Counted from the stretch's first letter, positions 35,348 to 44,776 are shown. The stretch: DNA of 52,926 bases from Nitrosopumilaceae archaeon (GCA_050749365.1 JBOGRG010000096.1:1-52926), one strand, 5' to 3'. A program made the numbers and translations. The notes: generated by a model from the sequence alone, not told the origin.

Positions 35348-36808
35348 TTATTTTATTATTGCTTTTACTTTTCTAGCAAGATTTTCAAAGGCAATCTTGA
35401 TTTCGTTTGTCCTTTTTGTAGTACCAACTTTATATGCCTGAACCTTTTTTTTCCTGTCAGAAATCATACGGTGCTGCTCAGAACTGCCTGAAGAACCATG
35501 AGAGGTCCTCTCATCAAGTGATGAATTGGCAGTCATTTCTTGTATGATTTTGTATAATGTCCTTGGCTCAACTCCACCTTCATCGACAGATGCTCTTATT
35601 TCAGAAATAGATAGTGCAGAAAGTGGCCTTTTTGAGTTTGAAGCAACCCCCACTAGCTTGCCAACTATCTTATGTGCAATCCTAAATGGCATTCCCTTTT
35701 TTACAAGTTGTTCTGCAATATCCAGTGAAATTGAATATCCAGTCTCAATTGCTTTTTTCATTTTTTTCTTGTTTACCTTCATTGTTTTGAGCATGGCGTT
35801 TGTCACTAAGAGTGCAGATATTGCAATCTTTGATGCAGACCAAATCGAGGTCTTGATCTGTTGCAGGTCCCTACTATATCCAGAAGGTAGTCCCTTCATG
35901 TTAGAAAGGATAGCCATGTGATGTCCAATCACTTGAGCAGTCTTTCCACGTGTCAGCTCAAGTATATCGGGGTTCTTTTTTTGCGGCATTACGCTTGATG
36001 TAGATGAAAATTTGTCTGAGAGTTCAATAAACGAAAACTCTAAAGTTGACCAAAGGATAAAGTCTTCTGCAAGTCTGCTTAGATTTGTCATAAGAATTGC
36101 AACCTGTCCCACATATTCTGCAACGAAATCACGAGCACCGGTAGCATCAATTGAATTTTCAACCAGTCCTTTGAATCCAAGCATCTTTGCAGTACTTTGC
36201 CTATCAATTGGCAAACTTGTTCCGCCTATAGGTCCTGCGCCAAGTGGAGACTCATTTACTCTTCCATATGTAACGTATAATCTATCAAGATCCCTAAACA
36301 GTGCATCTGCGTATGCAAGCAGATAGTGTGAAAAAACCCCAACCTGTGCTTGCTGAAGATGTGTATAAAGTGGCATTATAGCATCGTGGTTTTTTTCAGC
36401 CAGCGACACAAGTGTTTCTATTATGTCTAAAAGACAAGAACATAGTATGTTGATATCGTCCCGTATTTTCATTCGTATGTCAAGCGAGATTTGATCGTTT
36501 CTAGAGCGTGCGGTATGCATCTTTCCACCTATATGTCTGCCAGTTTTTTTAATGACGAGAGATTCTATTAACTCATGAATATCTTCAGATTGAGATTTGG
36601 TCGGCAGTTTTTCTTTTTTTAATTTTTCAAGTGCAGCTAAAATTTTTGATGCTTCCTTTCTGGCGATGATTTTATTTTCATAGAGCATAAGAGTATGAGC
36701 TTGGCTACCCAGAATGTCATAGATTTTAATCTCTGCATCATCTGAAATTGATGAAAGAAAATTCAAAGTATGTTCGTCCAAGCTTCCATCAAGTCGTGAC
36801 CTGTACAT
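35348..36808 (-). CDS. argH: Argininosuccinate lyase
   Basis: The fumarate-lyase signature is SSVMPQKKNPD and the N-terminus is MYRSRLDGSLDE. I prefer ATG 36808 (M12 of the track ORF), which is about 25 nt from the TATA. Confidence 0.9.
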   Translation of the reverse strand: MYRSRLDGSLDEHTLNFLSSISDDAEIKIYDILGSQAHTLMLYENKIIARKEASKILAALEKLKKEKLPTKSQSEDIHELIESLVIKKTGRHIGGKMHTARSRNDQISLDIRMKIRDDINILCSCLLDIIETLVSLAEKNHDAIMPLYTHLQQAQVGVFSHYLLAYADALFRDLDRLYVTYGRVNESPLGAGPIGGTSLPIDRQSTAKMLGFKGLVENSIDATGARDFVAEYVGQVAILMTNLSRLAEDFILWSTLEFSFIELSDKFSSTSSVMPQKKNPDILELTRGKTAQVIGHHMAILSNMKGLPSGYSRDLQQIKTSIWSASKIAISALLVTNAMLKTMKVNKKKMKKAIETGYSISLDIAEQLVKKGMPFRIAHKIVGKLVGVASNSKRPLSALSISEIRASVDEGGVEPRTLYKIIQEMTANSSLDERTSHGSSGSSEQHRMISDRKKKVQAYKVGTTKRTNEIKIAFENLARKVKAIIK

Positions 36809-36828
36809 CAATTTAGAAATTAGAATGG

Positions 36829-36838
36829 TTATATATAG
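36829..36838. promoter_or_regulatory. Single palindromic TATA element shared by divergent argH and DUF59 genes
   Basis: ttatatatag is centred about 25 nt from the argH ATG (36808, minus strand) and about 25 nt from the GTG 36858 of the plus-strand gene. Confidence 0.5.
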
Positions 36839-36857
36839 CATAGACGGTTTTTTAATC

Positions 36858-37178
36858 GTGGCTCAGGAAACTCAGCAATTAAGAAGAAAGATTTTTGATG
36901 AATTAACAAAAATTGTAGATCCTGAGATAAATGTCTCTATAATGGAGCTTGAGCTTGTGGACAATATAGACATAAATGGTTCTGCAGTCAAGATAGATTT
37001 GCATCTGACGAGTCCGTTTTGTCCAGCAATTTTTGGTTTTAAAATAGCTCAGGACATACATGATTACTTGCTAAAGATTGATGGGATTGACGATCTCAAG
37101 CTGAATGTCTCAAACCACTTTATGGCAGAAGCTATAAACAACCAAGTAAATGCAAGCCCAAATCCAAAAAAACCTTAA
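36858..37178 (+). CDS. DUF59 / MIP18-SufT-like Fe-S assembly domain protein
   Basis: IFDELTKIVDPEINVSIMELELV..LHLTSPFCP is the DUF59 pattern. GTG 36858 is preferred because the track's ATG 36825 lies inside the TATA region. Confidence 0.65.
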   Translation: MAQETQQLRRKIFDELTKIVDPEINVSIMELELVDNIDINGSAVKIDLHLTSPFCPAIFGFKIAQDIHDYLLKIDGIDDLKLNVSNHFMAEAINNQVNASPNPKKP

Positions 37179-37184
37179 GCGCTG

Positions 37185-37952
37185 CTATTTCCTAAATCCT
37201 AATAGATATCCTCTTAACAGTTGGATTCCCATGGCAGGATCAACACCTTTTGGACAAACTTGACTGCATGAACCTGCAAAGTGACATCTCCAGATGCCGT
37301 GCGACTCATCTATTATTTTTAGACGTTCTTTTTTGCCATTATCTCTATTATCAGCAACATAACGATAAGCTTGAGCAAGAGCCTGCGGACCTACAAATGA
37401 TGAGTCAGTAGCCATAGTTGGACAGGCTGAATTACACAAACCACATTTTATGCAATATGAAAATTGCAAATAGTGTTCTACATCCTTTGGAGTCTGTAAA
37501 AATTCTTTTGTATTGATAGTTACTTCAGAATCCTCTCTTATGATGTAGGGTTTTAGTTTTTTATGAGACGAAAAAAACTGTGTAAAGTCAACTGCCAAAT
37601 CCCTAAGTATTGGAAAATTATTCATTGGTTCTACTGTTACTGTATTTGAGTTCAGTTCAGAAATTTTTGTATAGCATGCAAGAGACGGTTTGCCATTTAT
37701 TTTCATTCCACATGATCCACATGAAGCTTGCCTACAAGAATATCTTACTGCAATTGACGGATTAAGATGATGTTTTATAGCCAAGATCGCATCTAAAACT
37801 GTTGTCCATTTTTTAACAGGAACCTTAAACTCAGCAAATGTTGGAGATGAATCAGTTTTAGGATTAAACTTTGAGATCCTAAGTGTTATTGAGTTAGATG
37901 AAGAAACAACTGTAGAAGAAACTTCTGAAATTTTTGGAACTACTGCAGCCAT
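37185..37952 (-). CDS. sdhB: Succinate dehydrogenase iron-sulfur subunit
   Basis: CRQASCGSCGMKINGKPSLAC (2Fe-2S), CIKCGLCNSACP and CHFAGSCSQVCP. Start ATG 37952 overlaps the sdhD stop (TAATG). Confidence 0.9.
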   Translation of the reverse strand: MAAVVPKISEVSSTVVSSSNSITLRISKFNPKTDSSPTFAEFKVPVKKWTTVLDAILAIKHHLNPSIAVRYSCRQASCGSCGMKINGKPSLACYTKISELNSNTVTVEPMNNFPILRDLAVDFTQFFSSHKKLKPYIIREDSEVTINTKEFLQTPKDVEHYLQFSYCIKCGLCNSACPTMATDSSFVGPQALAQAYRYVADNRDNGKKERLKIIDESHGIWRCHFAGSCSQVCPKGVDPAMGIQLLRGYLLGFRK

Positions 37953-38296
37953 TATGTTATACCCACCCCTGCCATCAATATAGTCCTTGAACCATACGCA
38001 ACAAGTACTGCCATAGCACCAATACAACTGTAATTAACTGCCCTTTCATATCCAACACCCTGTTTTAGCTCCAAAAGTATCACCCTAAGTCCGTTAAAGC
38101 CATGAACTGAAAGCAAGATCAATACTACTTCCAGCATTAGAGCATAAGGCAAAAATTGATAGTTTGCAATTACACTTTCATATTGTAGTGAATCAGAAAA
38201 GTCCTGTGTCATTCTAAAGAGAATGTGAATAGCTACAAGCGCAACTGCACCTAGAGCCGTTCCATAATGTATTTTCATTATTATGCTTTCACGCAT
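37952..38296 (-). CDS. sdhD: Succinate dehydrogenase membrane subunit
   Basis: About 114 aa with 3 TM helices, located between sdhC and sdhB. The start is taken at the ATG just after the sdhC stop. Confidence 0.65.
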   Translation of the reverse strand: MRESIIMKIHYGTALGAVALVAIHILFRMTQDFSDSLQYESVIANYQFLPYALMLEVVLILLSVHGFNGLRVILLELKQGVGYERAVNYSCIGAMAVLVAYGSRTILMAGVGIT

Positions 38297-38297
38297 A

Positions 38298-38729
38298 TTA
38301 TTCACCAAACAAAATTCCTGCCCCATACATCATTGCAAGAGCCGCAAGTGCTATTGAAACCCAGATACAAAGCCTCTGCTTATAGTTCAGAGATGCTGCT
38401 CTGTATGGGTAGTCAGGTCTTCCAGGTTTACCAACTCCTACCCCACCATGTCCTAACATCACCCTAATTCCATTTGCAGTATGGAAAACGGACATTCCTA
38501 TGACTAGAATAAGTATGATGTGGCCCTCAGTAGTCTGTGTTAATTCTAGCATTTTATCCCATGCTGGTTTACCATCTACTATCGCACTTGTTTCAATAAC
38601 ATGTCCAATTAAATAAAAAAGAAGTCCAAGTCCAGTCAATCTCTGCAGCCAGTATGCAACGCGTTCTATTCCATAGCGCGTGGGGTTTAGCATACCCTTT
38701 ATGCCCTCGCGATTTGCTTGTCTTTCCAC
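38298..38729 (-). CDS. sdhC: Succinate dehydrogenase membrane (cytochrome b-like) subunit
   Basis: 143 aa with 3 TM helices and conserved His residues in the helices. It directly follows sdhA. Confidence 0.7.
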   Translation of the reverse strand: MERQANREGIKGMLNPTRYGIERVAYWLQRLTGLGLLFYLIGHVIETSAIVDGKPAWDKMLELTQTTEGHIILILVIGMSVFHTANGIRVMLGHGGVGVGKPGRPDYPYRAASLNYKQRLCIWVSIALAALAMMYGAGILFGE

Positions 38730-40438
38730 TAGTACTTCCTCTCCACCGGCTTGTATTTAGTAATAGTGACAGGATGCATCTTGAGAATTGGTTCTTTGGT
38801 GTCATAGTATGCAAGAGTATGGTGTAAAAAGTTCTTGTCGTCTCTATTTGGGTAGTCAGTTCTTGCATGTGCACCCCGAGATTCTTTTCTTTTTATTGCA
38901 CCAACCAAGACAACCTCTGCTACGCGAAACATGGAATCAAGCTCTATCACGTTTGTAAAGTTGGTGTTGTATTCTTTTGCTTGGTCATCTACATGTTTCC
39001 ATGTTTGTTCCTTTAGCTCACGTAATTTCTTTAGTCCTGCAATCATGTCTTTTTCATTTCTAAAGACATATGCCTTTTCATCCATCATATCAGTTAGTTC
39101 TTGCTTTACTTCATAGGGATTTACTTCTCCATGCCCTCGAAATATGCCATCGTAAATCCTTTTTTCTTCAGCATCAACAAGATGACGTGGGAAAGTAGAA
39201 GATTGATTATCCAAAACATATCTTGCTGCAAGCTCACCAGTTACTTTTCCCCACACTAGACATTCACTTGTAGAATTTGCACCTAATCTGTTTGCACCAT
39301 GAACGCTGTTACAGGCAGCTTCTCCTGCAGCCCAAATTCCTTGAATTTCTGTTGCACCATCTATGTCAGTATGAATTCCTCCCATCATGTAATGACATAC
39401 TGGTCTTACATCGATAGGTTCTCTACTAGGATCTATTCCAGAAAATTTCATAGAGATCTCTCTAATTGCAGCCAGCTTTTCTTTTATTATATTATCTCCA
39501 AGATGCCTAAGGTCTAGTTTGAGACAATCTACTCCTGTTTCATGTTTGAATCCACGTCCCTCATTTATCTCAGTCATCATAGCGCGTGATACCATATCTC
39601 TTGGGGCAAGCTCCATCTTTCCAGATGCATATTTTTTCATGAATCTCTCGCCGTCTTTATTAATGAGGTAACCACCTTCGCCTCGTGCGCCTTCTGTAAT
39701 CAGTATTCCAGATGGCAGAATGCCTGTTGGATGAAATTGGACAAACTCCATGTCTTTTAGTGCCATTCCTGCCCTGTACGCCATATCAAGTCCATCAGGA
39801 GTTGATGAAAGTGCATAAGTAGCATAACTATAAAGTCTTCCAGCTCCACCTGTGGCTATGATAAGAGCTTTTCCTTTTATGGTGTAAAAAGTTCCAGTCG
39901 AAATCTCAATTGCAGTAATGCCACAAAACTTCTGTCCGTCATGTATTATTGATGTGGTAAACCATTCATTGTAAAACTCTATGTTATCAAACTTTTGGCA
40001 TGTATCATACAAAGTCTGCATTTCATAGAATCCAACTTTATCTTGTGCATAGGTGGCTCGTGAAAAGCTGTAACCACCAAAATTTCTTTGACCAATTCTA
40101 CCATCTTCTTTTCTAGACCAAGGCATTCCCCAATGTTCAAGCTGATAAATTTCAGAGGGCATCTCATAGACTAGTCTTTCTACTACATCCTGATCTGCAA
40201 GAAAATCGCTGCCTTTTATTGTATCATAGACATGAGATTCCAAGCTATCTCCTTCCTCTGGAAAAAGAACAGCAGCTGTTCCGCCTTCTGCTGAAACAGA
40301 GTGTGAACGCATAACCTGTAGTTTTGAAATTACTGCAATTTTGATCTTTGAGCTTATCTTTGCAGCTTGGATAGCAGCTCTTAGACCGGCAAGACCAGAG
40401 CCGACAATTAACAGATCGTGTTCTATCATGTCGGTCAT
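38729..40438 (-). CDS. sdhA: Succinate dehydrogenase flavoprotein subunit
   Basis: 569 aa. VGSGLAGLRAA (FAD), RSHSVSAEGG (the covalent-FAD His region) and HGANRLGANS. Confidence 0.95.
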   Translation of the reverse strand: MTDMIEHDLLIVGSGLAGLRAAIQAAKISSKIKIAVISKLQVMRSHSVSAEGGTAAVLFPEEGDSLESHVYDTIKGSDFLADQDVVERLVYEMPSEIYQLEHWGMPWSRKEDGRIGQRNFGGYSFSRATYAQDKVGFYEMQTLYDTCQKFDNIEFYNEWFTTSIIHDGQKFCGITAIEISTGTFYTIKGKALIIATGGAGRLYSYATYALSSTPDGLDMAYRAGMALKDMEFVQFHPTGILPSGILITEGARGEGGYLINKDGERFMKKYASGKMELAPRDMVSRAMMTEINEGRGFKHETGVDCLKLDLRHLGDNIIKEKLAAIREISMKFSGIDPSREPIDVRPVCHYMMGGIHTDIDGATEIQGIWAAGEAACNSVHGANRLGANSTSECLVWGKVTGELAARYVLDNQSSTFPRHLVDAEEKRIYDGIFRGHGEVNPYEVKQELTDMMDEKAYVFRNEKDMIAGLKKLRELKEQTWKHVDDQAKEYNTNFTNVIELDSMFRVAEVVLVGAIKRKESRGAHARTDYPNRDDKNFLHHTLAYYDTKEPILKMHPVTITKYKPVERKY

Positions 40439-40517
40439 GTTTAGACATCTTCCTTTTCAAATTAGATAAATATGTCTTCTGAAGAACACGCAAATTAAAT
40501 TCGAATCATTAATATAT

Positions 40518-40541
40518 ATCACTAGCGATATCACTAGCGAT
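40518..40541 (+). promoter_or_regulatory. Tandem 12-bp direct repeat (near-palindromic), a candidate PadR operator
   Basis: ATCACTAGCGAT ATCACTAGCGAT lies immediately downstream of a ttaatatatat TATA box and runs into the ATG of the PadR gene. 20 of the 24 positions are self-complementary. Confidence 0.5.
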
Positions 40542-41049
40542 GATCTCGCAATGGATACAAAGGGTCGGAAGTGCCGTCCCAAGAGGGTTTTCTAGATATT
40601 TCATACTAGAAGTATTGAAAAAGAGCCCAGGCACAGGCAAAGAAATAATCAATGCAGCAATAGCACAAAGTGGAGGCAAATGGAAACCCTCGCCAGGTTT
40701 GATTTATCCGCTGCTTGGCAGACTTTTGGATGAAAACCTCATTGAGGAAACAAAAGATGGTAAGTATCAGATAACTAGGAAGGGAAGAGCAATGGCGGAT
40801 GATCTTGAGACCCTAAATAAAATAGTAAGAACCCAAATGGATGTCATGTTCAGGGTGGGCAGTGTAGGAAAATTTGTTGCTATGGATCTGCTAGAACGGA
40901 TAACAAGCATAGGAAATTCACTTAGCTCAAATGTGTCCAATATGACAAAAGAGGAAACCACAAAGTACAAGAAGTTTCTTGAATCTGAACTTCAAAAGTT
41001 AGAGTCTACAGAAAAAAAATCTCGTGGCAGGAACGTCAAAATCAACTAA
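40540..41049 (+). CDS. PadR-family winged-helix transcriptional regulator
   Basis: 169 aa. FILEVLKKSPGTGKEIINAA..SPGLIYPLLGRLLDENLIEE..YQITRKGR is the PadR wHTH pattern. Confidence 0.8.
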   Translation: MISQWIQRVGSAVPRGFSRYFILEVLKKSPGTGKEIINAAIAQSGGKWKPSPGLIYPLLGRLLDENLIEETKDGKYQITRKGRAMADDLETLNKIVRTQMDVMFRVGSVGKFVAMDLLERITSIGNSLSSNVSNMTKEETTKYKKFLESELQKLESTEKKSRGRNVKIN

Positions 41050-41082
41050 ACCATAAATAATTGTCCATAACAATATCAGAAG

Positions 41083-41946
41083 TTGTCAAGTCTTCGAAAA
41101 TTATTATATGATAATTCTAAACCACTTGTTGTTCCTGGCGTTTATGATGCTATAGGGGCAAGAATAGCACAGAAGGTAGGATTTGAGGTCATGTTTCAAA
41201 CAGGTTATGGAACATCTGCTACTCTACTTGGAATGCCTGATTATGGATTTATTGGTCCCACGGAGACTGTAGAAAACGCTCGTAGAATTTGCCAAGCTGT
41301 CTCTGTTCCTGTAATTGTTGATGCGGATACTGGTTACGGGAACCCACTTGGTGTTTGGAAGCTTGTAAAGGAATTAGAATCAGCAGGAGCTTCTGGAATT
41401 TTCCTTGAAGATCAAAAGTGGCCAAAAAGATGTGGTCACATGACAGGTAAGGAAGTGATTACAAAAGAAGAATATATAGAAAAGTTACGGGCAGCACTAG
41501 ATGCAAGAAAGAACAAGGATTTCATAATTGTTGCAAGAACCGATGCAAGAGCCCCAGAAGGGCTTGATGCTGCAATAGAGCGAGGTCTACAGTACAAGAA
41601 GGTTGGTGCTGATGCAATTTTTATTGAAGCGCCAAGATCTATTGCAGAAATGAAAAAGATTGGAAAATCAATCAACGCTCCTCTTGTTGCAAACATGATT
41701 GAAGGAGGTGCAACACCACTTATCTCGGCTAACATGCTTCATAAAATTGGATTTAATCTCATTTTGTATCCTCTTTCTGTACTTTTCGCAAATGCATTTG
41801 CTTCTTTGCAAATTCTTCATGAGCTTAGAAAGTTTGGAACAACATCTAGATTCAAAAAAAATCTTGTTGCATTTGAACAATTTAATGATATAGTTGATCT
41901 TACAAAATTCAAAAAGATGGAAAAGAAGTACATTCACAAAAGATAA
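41083..41946 (+). CDS. Isocitrate lyase/PEP mutase superfamily enzyme (methylisocitrate-lyase-like)
   Basis: 287 aa. VPGVYDAIGARI, DADTGYGN and the KRCGH signature (WPKRCGHMTGKEV). TTG start. Confidence 0.8.
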   Translation: MSSLRKLLYDNSKPLVVPGVYDAIGARIAQKVGFEVMFQTGYGTSATLLGMPDYGFIGPTETVENARRICQAVSVPVIVDADTGYGNPLGVWKLVKELESAGASGIFLEDQKWPKRCGHMTGKEVITKEEYIEKLRAALDARKNKDFIIVARTDARAPEGLDAAIERGLQYKKVGADAIFIEAPRSIAEMKKIGKSINAPLVANMIEGGATPLISANMLHKIGFNLILYPLSVLFANAFASLQILHELRKFGTTSRFKKNLVAFEQFNDIVDLTKFKKMEKKYIHKR

Positions 41947-41999
41947 AAGATAAAACACAAAAAAAGAAGGAAAGAATCCTTCAAGTCAAGGGTTTCCTA

Positions 42000-42281
42000 C
42001 TAAGTATTTCTCTTTACTTCGATTTCTATGGTGGAAACATTCCTCGGTCGTCCATCTTGTGATTGTAGTTGTTCTGATCCGATCTTGATGTCTCCGATAG
42101 AATAACCAGCATTTTCCGTCTTTCGTGCAACGATTTGAGCAACGTCTACTGCACGCCCAATGCTGAGTCCTCTTGCTTTGATAGATATTTTTGGATAGTT
42201 AGCCAGTTGTATCAGCGTAGATGTAACATACGCCATCAATGGCTTCTTACCTATGAAGATAGTCTCTCTAGACTCGGACAT
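42000..42281 (-). CDS. albA: Alba chromatin/RNA-binding protein
   Basis: 93 aa. IFIGKKPLMAYV..ISIKARGLSIGRAVDVAQIV. Confidence 0.9.
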   Translation of the reverse strand: MSESRETIFIGKKPLMAYVTSTLIQLANYPKISIKARGLSIGRAVDVAQIVARKTENAGYSIGDIKIGSEQLQSQDGRPRNVSTIEIEVKRNT

Positions 42282-42327
42282 GTCATTTGCTAATGCTCTG
42301 GGATAATTTAAATCTAAGAATGCAAAA

Positions 42328-42744
42328 GTGGGGTCGATGAATTTTGCGATCTGCTTTTTATCAGTGCTTATTGCAAGTGGACTTGGCTATGCCTATGGAT
42401 ATGGAGAGGTTTCCGCAACAGATTTTAAAATAGTCAATACACTTGGAGACGAAATTAATTCGCCTGTAGTAGAACAACAGCTTAACCTACAGACCTCTCT
42501 TAAAAACATCAGTGACCAAGACGTTGATTGGGTATACATTGTACAAATAATAGATTCTAAAGGAGCCATCGTGGACCTTAACTTTGCAACGGGCTCACTA
42601 GTGGAAAATCAAACCTTAAACACCGCGCTTTTCTGGACTCCTCATAAAGATGGTATTTATAAAATTGAAACTTTTGTGTGGAATAATCTACGTGATATTG
42701 ATCCATTAACTCCAAAATCTACTTTTACTATAACTGTCACGTAG
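42328..42744 (+). CDS. Secreted hypothetical protein (beta-rich)
   Basis: 138 aa with an N-terminal signal/TM segment. GTG start. No family recognised. Confidence 0.4.
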   Translation: MGSMNFAICFLSVLIASGLGYAYGYGEVSATDFKIVNTLGDEINSPVVEQQLNLQTSLKNISDQDVDWVYIVQIIDSKGAIVDLNFATGSLVENQTLNTALFWTPHKDGIYKIETFVWNNLRDIDPLTPKSTFTITVT

Positions 42745-42986
42745 TCAATCTGAACAAATTTAGTAAATGAAATAAAGTTCGTTTGAAAAGCATATCATAT
42801 TTTGAATAGAAAATATTCTAGTATATTATCACGATTGTAAAGTACATGAACGTACCACATTAGATTTAAGACATGCGAAAACGTCGTTGTCCAAAAATGT
42901 GATGCGCAATAACAATTGTTTCTAATCACATCCAATCTTTATCGTTAGCACATACAAAAATATGTAATTTGGTAAAACAGATTAAG

Positions 42987-43060
42987 TGGACCGGGTGGGA
43001 TTTGAACCCACGATCTCACCCATGCCAAGGGCGTATCCTACTAGGCTAGACGACCGGCCC
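42987..43060 (-). tRNA. tRNA-Ala (GGC)
   Basis: The reverse complement is GGGCCGG TC GTCT AGCCTAGTA GGAT A CGCCC TTGGCAT GGGTG AGATC GTGGG TTCAAAT CCCAC CCGGTCC A. It includes the G3-U70 Ala identity pair. Confidence 0.9.
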
Positions 43061-43195
43061 AAATTTTTAGAATCAGAGTGGCATTCTGATTTGCATTAGC
43101 TTTTTTCGAGGGGTTATTAACGTTTAGCTGAGATTTTGAAAATTAGTAATCAAAATAACATAAGATATTTAACTATCATGTAGAGCATTTTTCGC

Positions 43196-44035
43196 GTGGT
43201 TGTTGATAATAAGGCTACATTAACATATGTTCAAGTAATAAAAGAGGATCTTGCAATTTTTAGACTCGTACCAAAAGATGGACCTGTTCCAGAATACAAA
43301 GCAGGTCAGTTCATAACAATGGGTATACATGTTCCAAGTGAAAACAAGATTATAAGAAGAGCATACTCCATTGCATCACACCCCGAAAATAAAAAATACA
43401 TTGAGCTATACATACGATGGGTACGAAAACCTCTGCCAGGTCGCCTTACTACGCAGCTTTTTAGTTCAAAAGAAGGAGATGAGATATACTGGGTAAAACC
43501 TGTTGGAGCCTTTACCATTGATGACAAAAATCACAAGGGTGAGAAGGATGAAAGAAGAATAGTTTGTCTTGGCGGAGGCACTGGCCTTGCACCCTTTGTG
43601 AGCTATACACAACATCTGCATACCATAGGAAGCAAAAGAGAGATCATAGTCCTTCATGGAGCAAGTTATATAGATGAACTTGGTTACAGAGACCTTTTGA
43701 CTAATTTAGAAATGGAAAGCCTTGACAGAGGTAGAGACAAGTGGAATTTCAGATACAGAGCGACAATAAGTAGACCACAAGAATGGTTTAACAGATCTTG
43801 GAGTGGACAGACTGGCAGAGTTGAAACCTTTTTGAGAACAAAAGATGGGGAGATATCTCCTCTTGAAAAGCTTGTAGGAGAAAAGATTACCAAGGAAAAT
43901 ACGGTCTTTTTCATTTGTGGCTGGCAGGGAACTATAGATGGTTGTATGGACTATTTTACCCCAAAGGGTTTTGTAACTGAAAGAACCAAGCGACCAGACA
44001 AGAGCTTTGAGATAAAGTACGAGTCATATGGCTAG
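43196..44035 (+). CDS. Ferredoxin-NADP+ reductase-type FAD/NAD(P) oxidoreductase
   Basis: 279 aa with RAYSIAS (RxYS FAD motif) and GGGTGLAP (NADP). GTG start. Confidence 0.8.
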   Translation: MVVDNKATLTYVQVIKEDLAIFRLVPKDGPVPEYKAGQFITMGIHVPSENKIIRRAYSIASHPENKKYIELYIRWVRKPLPGRLTTQLFSSKEGDEIYWVKPVGAFTIDDKNHKGEKDERRIVCLGGGTGLAPFVSYTQHLHTIGSKREIIVLHGASYIDELGYRDLLTNLEMESLDRGRDKWNFRYRATISRPQEWFNRSWSGQTGRVETFLRTKDGEISPLEKLVGEKITKENTVFFICGWQGTIDGCMDYFTPKGFVTERTKRPDKSFEIKYESYG

Positions 44036-44089
44036 CTTGAAAATTTTCTATTTGAAAAGATAATATTGTATGGTCAGAGGCTGATCTAC

Positions 44090-44163
44090 GGGGACGTAGG
44101 TCAGCTTGGTAGACTGCCAGCCTCGGGCGCTGGATGTCGTGGGTTCAAGTCCCATCGTCCCCA
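44090..44163 (+). tRNA. tRNA-Pro (CGG)
   Basis: GGGGACG TA GGTC AGCTTGGTA GACT G CCAGC CTCGGGC GCTGG ATGTC GTGGG TTCAAGT CCCAT CGTCCCC A. Confidence 0.9.
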
Positions 44164-44179
44164 GTTTTTGTAAAAAAGT

Positions 44180-44776
44180 TCACTTTGTTATTGAAATTGT
44201 ATTTGTTTGAATACATGCGGATTTCGGAGTTGGCATGCCAACATAAGAACCATATACGCACATCTTTCCTTGTGCTGCATCCGCAAATATCCATAGTTGG
44301 TGTCCTCCCCGCTGGACTGACTCTCGCTTTGCATTATTACCTGTCTCTTTACCTGCTTTTTTATTTGGAGTCGTGCCGATAAAGTGCACTTTAGACTCAT
44401 CAGAATCATCACCGTACGGATTTCCATTACCACTAACTAGATTAGCTGCTTGCCAGTTTTCAGTTACAACCCTGCTACCTATGTTGATAGAATATGTACC
44501 CCAACCGAAAATTGTGTTCTCATCTGGATTATATGCACCATGACCAGATATTGTTACCGTTCCACGTTTCATAGGAAGTGTAGTGTCATCTATTTTGAAA
44601 AAGTATGGGTTTGGGATAGTTTTCTGATCTTTATGTTTAAGCTGATGCATTAAGTTGTTAGCTTGCATGCTTTTTTTCATAGACAGTTGTTCATTTTCTG
44701 AACCAGCATAGCTGGAAGCCACTGGCATTAAAAGTAGTGAGATTAGAGGTAGCAACACAAGAATTTTTAGATGCAA
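44180..44776 (-). CDS. Secreted hypothetical protein
   Basis: 198 aa with a clear signal peptide (MHLKILVLLPLISLLLMPVASSYA). No family recognised. Confidence 0.45.
   Translation of the reverse strand: MHLKILVLLPLISLLLMPVASSYAGSENEQLSMKKSMQANNLMHQLKHKDQKTIPNPYFFKIDDTTLPMKRGTVTISGHGAYNPDENTIFGWGTYSINIGSRVVTENWQAANLVSGNGNPYGDDSDESKVHFIGTTPNKKAGKETGNNAKRESVQRGGHQLWIFADAAQGKMCVYGSYVGMPTPKSACIQTNTISITK

Noticed and set aside
35262-35387. 41-aa plus-strand ORF MKINGKVKITTSRTRCHIDKCGKKFGLINYSQIILLLLLLF
   Set aside because: It has only one CxxxC, its tail is translated from the antisense of the argH 3' end, and there is no convincing promoter.
43071-43091. 7-bp hairpin AATCAGA-gtggcat-TCTGATT just upstream of tRNA-Ala
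   Set aside because: The stem is short and there is no second copy or known motif. It may simply be promoter-proximal sequence.
44134-44382. 82-aa plus-strand ORF starting inside tRNA-Pro
   Set aside because: It begins within the tRNA-Pro T-arm and runs antisense to the 198-aa secreted-protein gene. There is no independent support.
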